Below are positions 16,938-20,000 of a DNA stretch of 20,000 bases, one piece after another (position 1 is the stretch's first letter; the number at the start of each line of letters is the position of its first letter). Made by a program: the position numbers and the translations under genes. The notes beneath the pieces are model-generated. The model was given only the letters and a program-made list of their open reading frames with translations. It did no database searches and was not told the origin of the DNA. The stretch comes from an uncultured virus (IMG/VR IMGVR_UViG_3300046007_008038) (Duplodnaviria; Heunggongvirae; Uroviricota; Caudoviricetes), in IMG/VR virus record IMGVR_UViG_3300046007_008038; one strand, given 5' to 3'.

Positions 16938-18432
16938 TTCAAACACATACAAGTTAGTCTGTGAAACAGTGGATCTTGTTCTTCAGGTTAAGGTTCTTTC
17001 CTTACAAGAAGAACAAGAACTTTACACTCAAATCAGAGAAAAGATATCTAAGATAGAATCTGCTTTTGTATATCACGAATACAAAGAGTTTGTATCTAAG
17101 AAACTAATCGTGGACTATGACAAGATCATAGAAGAATATTCGGAAGGTGAAGATTCCGAATCCTATCAAATGTTGATAGCTAATATGTATTTGGCTGTCA
17201 CATCAGCATATCCACCGCTATCCTTAGACTTTGTTTGCACAGACCTCAATACAGAGAAGTTTATGCAAACGACAAATTTTGAGGAGCCAAATCAATTCTT
17301 AAAGAATCTTGCTGCTAATCTAAAATTAAAGTTAGCCAAAGAAACAAAGAAAAAGATTGTCAGACAAGTGAATCCAAACACCCCAAACATTAAAAGTTTG
17401 GATGGGTTTACTAAGTTGCAGAAGGATATAAAAGATAAGATTGTAGGTCAAGACCACGCCGTAGAGGTTTTAATCAAGCATCTAAAGTTGATGTCCGCAG
17501 GGTTATCTAACTTCTCCACATTCTTCTTTGTTGGTCCAACTGGAGTAGGGAAAACAGAACTTTCAAAGATCATAGGAGAAAAGTTTAGTGGTAATTTCTT
17601 CAAAATCAATTGTGCAGAATATGCAGGAGCACATGAGTATGCTAAACTGATTGGATCACCTCCGGGATATGTTGGGCATACTGATAAGAGCCTTTTGAAG
17701 GAAAAGGCTGAGATATCTAATAAATGGGTATTTCTGTTTGATGAAATAGAAAAGGCTGATGGTAAGTTTCAAGACTTCCTGCTATCCTTATTGGATGATG
17801 GAACCTGTACGGACAATATGGGTAACATATTGGACTTCAGCAAATCGTTATTTATCTTTACATCAAATCAAGGAGTTTCTGAAATCAAATACAATAGTAT
17901 TGGATTTGGAAAAAACGAGCCTAGCCGAAAGGCCATAGAAAATACTATTTTTGAATCTATTAAAAAGAAGTTTAATCCAGAGTTCATAAATAGAATAGAT
18001 GATATAATCTTTTTCAATACCTTATCGAAGGAAGATGTGAAGAAGATTGTAACTATTAAACTATCTAAATACCCAGTAGAAATAACTGATCAACTTATAG
18101 ACTATATTATTGATAACTCGTATTCTTATGAGTATGGGGCAAGAAATGTAGCAAGATACATAAAAAATAACATAGCAACTATATTAGCTGAAAGTATGCT
18201 TCAAACATCTTCCAAAAAGAAGCCAATGTTTAAGGTAAACTTTTTAGATGGCAGGCCAGTGGTTTTTAACAAAAATGAAGAAAAGCAACAAAAAGAAACA
18301 GCAAGTAAAGTACTGGAAATTCATGTCGGGGGAGAGAATAAGATTACACCCACGAATGAAGTTGGAGGAAAAACTGTTAGTTCTACAGTGTGCCTTAAAA
18401 ACAATACAAGGCCGATACCCTTCAATAAATAA
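16930..18432 (+). CDS. Clp/Hsp100-like ATPase with a single ClpA/B/C D2-type AAA+ domain
   Basis: IVGQDHAV, Walker A GPTGVGKT, pore loop LIGSPPGYVG, Walker B LFDEIEKA, FTSN, PEFINRID, YGAR. Confidence 0.9.
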   Translation: MSDSNTYKLVCETVDLVLQVKVLSLQEEQELYTQIREKISKIESAFVYHEYKEFVSKKLIVDYDKIIEEYSEGEDSESYQMLIANMYLAVTSAYPPLSLDFVCTDLNTEKFMQTTNFEEPNQFLKNLAANLKLKLAKETKKKIVRQVNPNTPNIKSLDGFTKLQKDIKDKIVGQDHAVEVLIKHLKLMSAGLSNFSTFFFVGPTGVGKTELSKIIGEKFSGNFFKINCAEYAGAHEYAKLIGSPPGYVGHTDKSLLKEKAEISNKWVFLFDEIEKADGKFQDFLLSLLDDGTCTDNMGNILDFSKSLFIFTSNQGVSEIKYNSIGFGKNEPSRKAIENTIFESIKKKFNPEFINRIDDIIFFNTLSKEDVKKIVTIKLSKYPVEITDQLIDYIIDNSYSYEYGARNVARYIKNNIATILAESMLQTSSKKKPMFKVNFLDGRPVVFNKNEEKQQKETASKVLEIHVGGENKITPTNEVGGKTVSSTVCLKNNTRPIPFNK

Positions 18433-18472
18433 ATTAAGTTTGGTTGATTGGGTTTTGGATAATGTTAAATAA
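18275..18472 (+). CDS. Hypothetical 65 aa basic protein overlapping the Clp ATPase 3' end
   Basis: MKKSNKKKQQVKYWKF...LVDWVLDNVK; ends just before the terminator hairpin. Confidence 0.45.
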   Translation: MKKSNKKKQQVKYWKFMSGERIRLHPRMKLEEKLLVLQCALKTIQGRYPSINKLSLVDWVLDNVK

Positions 18473-18482
18473 TTTTTTTAAT

Positions 18483-18511
18483 AAGAAGCTCACAAAATTT
18501 GTGGGCTTCTT
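18483..18511 (+). terminator. Terminator-like hairpin
   Basis: AAGAAGCTCACAA/TTGTGGGCTTCTT stem with one G-U pair, at the end of the operon. Confidence 0.6.
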
Positions 18512-18534
18512 GTCTATATAACTAAGAGGGCTTT

Positions 18535-18627
18535 ATGGGCAAATTAAAAGTTATAAGACCAACAAAAATACAGACTTTTAGATCAAGAATTAATGCCATA
18601 AAAGCTGCTCGCGGAGGAAGAAGATAA
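18535..18627 (+). CDS. 30 aa highly basic peptide (not in the ORF track)
   Basis: MGKLKVIRPTKIQTFRSRINAIKAARGGRR; GAGGG RBS; TAATG coupling to the next ORF. Confidence 0.6.
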   Translation: MGKLKVIRPTKIQTFRSRINAIKAARGGRR

Positions 18628-18785
18628 TGGGAACACTTAAAAAATTTAGAGATGCCGCTTTACAGGAAAAAAAAGTTCCTGTAGAGCCTGTTAAAATAAT
18701 AGAACCATCCAAAGTAGAGGAAGTAGTACAGGTTAAGGAAGAAATAAAAATAACTAAGAAAAAAGTTAAAAAGGAAGAAGAGTGA
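18627..18785 (+). CDS. 52 aa Lys/Glu-rich protein (not in the ORF track)
   Basis: MGTLKKFRDAALQEKKVPVEP...KKEEE; GGAGG upstream; translational coupling. Confidence 0.6.
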   Translation: MGTLKKFRDAALQEKKVPVEPVKIIEPSKVEEVVQVKEEIKITKKKVKKEEE

Positions 18786-18790
18786 TTAAA

Positions 18791-19666
18791 ATGAGAGAAA
18801 ATTATTACAATAATGAATTGATATCAAATATTTTAGAAGCCAAAGCTGATAAAATCATGGCTGATAAATTAAGAGGCCAAGGTAAATCTGAAGAAGAAGT
18901 TAGAAAAGCAGTAGAATCAGAAAGAAATAAAAGACGCTTTGGAAAGGATTATGAAGGGGCTACAGAACAAAGAAGAAAATATCCTTTCCGTAGTAAATCA
19001 CCTTCTCCTGAAACAGCTAAGGAACCTCTAACTGGAAGAGAGAAAGGTGGTATGAAGCGTAGCCTTAAAAAGAAGCAAGCTGATAGAGGTTCTGGAGGTA
19101 GTAAAGTATCTCCAATCCCAGAACCAAAAAGTCAAGACAGACAAGATGAAGGTGTAGAGAAAGCTGTAAGATTACGCCACGACGCTGAAAAAAAAGGAAT
19201 ATCACCAGAAAAAAAAGCCAAACTCCTCGCCGCCTCCAAAAAAGAATCAGATAAAGTTAGCGCGAGTAGGGAAAGAAGAGAAGAAGTTAATCCCCAAGTT
19301 ATGCAGCAGGGATTTATAAGAGGAAATGAAGGACGCAGAGCAGCCGCAGCACGCAGAGCAGCCGCAGCACGAGAAGATTCCTCTAATTTAACATATAATG
19401 ATGTATTATCAATATTGCTTGAAAGAAATAAAAAAAATAAAGCCGAAAAAGATGCAGTCATAGCAAAGATAGGTAGAACAGAGGACGCTACGAAACCTAA
19501 AACCCCAGAAGAAGAAGAAAATCTAAAGGTTAAAGCTAAGAAAGCAGCTATGTTTGGAACTGAAGTAAAAGGTCAGCGTCCTGAGGTTGGTGTTCAAGCA
19601 GGTACAAAAAGAGGAGTAGAAGCGATTCAAAGAAATCTAGGAAGAAGAGCACTAAGAAATAGGTAA
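18791..19666 (+). CDS. Highly charged low-complexity protein, possible internal virion protein
   Basis: K/E/R-rich with no Cys or Trp. ILE-A and LLE-R motifs resemble T4 prohead protease cleavage sites. Confidence 0.65.
   Translation: MRENYYNNELISNILEAKADKIMADKLRGQGKSEEEVRKAVESERNKRRFGKDYEGATEQRRKYPFRSKSPSPETAKEPLTGREKGGMKRSLKKKQADRGSGGSKVSPIPEPKSQDRQDEGVEKAVRLRHDAEKKGISPEKKAKLLAASKKESDKVSASRERREEVNPQVMQQGFIRGNEGRRAAAARRAAAAREDSSNLTYNDVLSILLERNKKNKAEKDAVIAKIGRTEDATKPKTPEEEENLKVKAKKAAMFGTEVKGQRPEVGVQAGTKRGVEAIQRNLGRRALRNR
19333..19371 (+). repeat. 18-bp tandem duplication encoding RRAAAA twice
   Basis: ACGCAGAGCAGCCGCAGC at 19333-19350 and 19351-19368, followed by ACG. Confidence 0.9.
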
Positions 19667-19690
19667 TCTCAAAATTCTAATTTAGAAGAT

Positions 19691-19736
19691 AAAAGATACC
19701 ATTTTGTTAACAGCAACAAAATGGTATCTTTTTTTT
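19691..19736 (+). terminator. Intrinsic terminator, possibly bidirectional
   Basis: Perfect 18-bp inverted repeat AAAAGATACCATTTTGTT/AACAAAATGGTATCTTTT, 6-nt loop, T-run. Confidence 0.85.
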
Positions 19737-19789
19737 ACTATATGTTTTTAAAAAGGCTAGATCTAGGCTATTATAAAAGAGTAGCACAC

Positions 19790-19866
19790 GCGACTGTAGC
19801 TCAGTTGGTTAGAGCGTTGTTCTTATAAAGCAAATGTCGGTGGTTCAAATCCACCCAGTCGCACCA
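19790..19866 (+). tRNA. tRNA-Ile (anticodon UAU), CCA encoded
   Basis: Acceptor GCGACTG/CAGTCGC, D-stem GCTC/GAGC, anticodon arm TTGTT-CTTATAA-AGCAA, T-arm GGTGG-TTCAAAT-CCACC, ACCA end. Confidence 0.92.
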
Positions 19867-19870
19867 ATCA

Positions 19871-19923
19871 GGTAGGAAGAGTCAAACCGTAAGGTTGACT
19901 GGCAGAACAACCTTCCTACCACC
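19871..19923 (+). ncRNA. Unassigned small structured RNA between two tRNAs
   Basis: 9-bp closing stem GGTAGGAAG/CTTCCTACC enclosing the hairpin AGTCAAACC-GTAA-GGTTGACT (GNRA loop). Confidence 0.5.
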
Positions 19924-19937
19924 TCTTTCACAATCAT

Positions 19938-20000
19938 GGCCTAGTAGACCAATGGCAGAGTCAACAGACTTAAAATCTGTCAAGTGTGGGTTCGAGTCCC
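19938..20000 (+). tRNA. tRNA-Leu (anticodon UAA), 3' truncated by the window
   Basis: GGCCTAG acceptor 5' strand, anticodon arm ACAGA-CTTAAAA-TCTGT, T-arm GTGGG-TTCGAGT-CCC. Confidence 0.85.

Noticed and set aside
2429..18790. Longest-ORF starts at 2429, 9107, 14919, 16201, 16584, 18248 and 18782
   Set aside because: Downstream ATGs fit better with RBS position, stop-start coupling or family N-termini.
764..19461. Minus-strand ORFs in the track (e.g. 764-988, 2653-2940, 6059-6361, 8150-8452, 19132-19461) and nested + ORF 5476-5658
   Set aside because: They lie wholly or almost wholly within well-supported + strand genes and have no motifs; they are shadow ORFs.
14658..19766. CTAGATCTAG palindromes at ~14658-14669 and 19757-19766
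   Set aside because: One copy is inside a CDS and there is no shared flanking context; likely chance.
1..20000. CRISPR array, IS element or diversity-generating retroelement
   Set aside because: No regularly spaced repeats, transposase, reverse transcriptase or TR/VR pair was seen.

Overview
This window is a fragment of a large, AT-rich, T4-like or jumbo dsDNA bacteriophage genome. All credible genes are on the + strand and read in standard code 11. From left to right: (1) a replication/recombination block with the C-terminus of a gp46/SbcC-like ATPase, class II (B12-dependent) ribonucleotide reductase, a zinc-ribbon protein, gp41/DnaB helicase, a UvsY-like mediator and a gp32-like SSB, followed by a lipoprotein; (2) a ~7 kb glycan/amino-sugar modification island with 2-3 glycosyltransferases, a DegT aminotransferase, methyltransferase, hexapeptide acyltransferase, PhyH dioxygenase, FabG-like SDR and a collapsed two-gene relic; (3) MazG, a secreted choice-of-anchor-E-like protein, a Zn deaminase, RecA/UvsX, small hypotheticals and a single-AAA Clp ATPase with an IGF loop; (4) small charged, probably virion-internal proteins; (5) the start of a tRNA array with a rare tRNA-Ile(UAU), an unexplained ~50-nt structured RNA and a short-arm tRNA-Leu(UAA). 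All family calls come from motif recognition by eye; no database searches were run.
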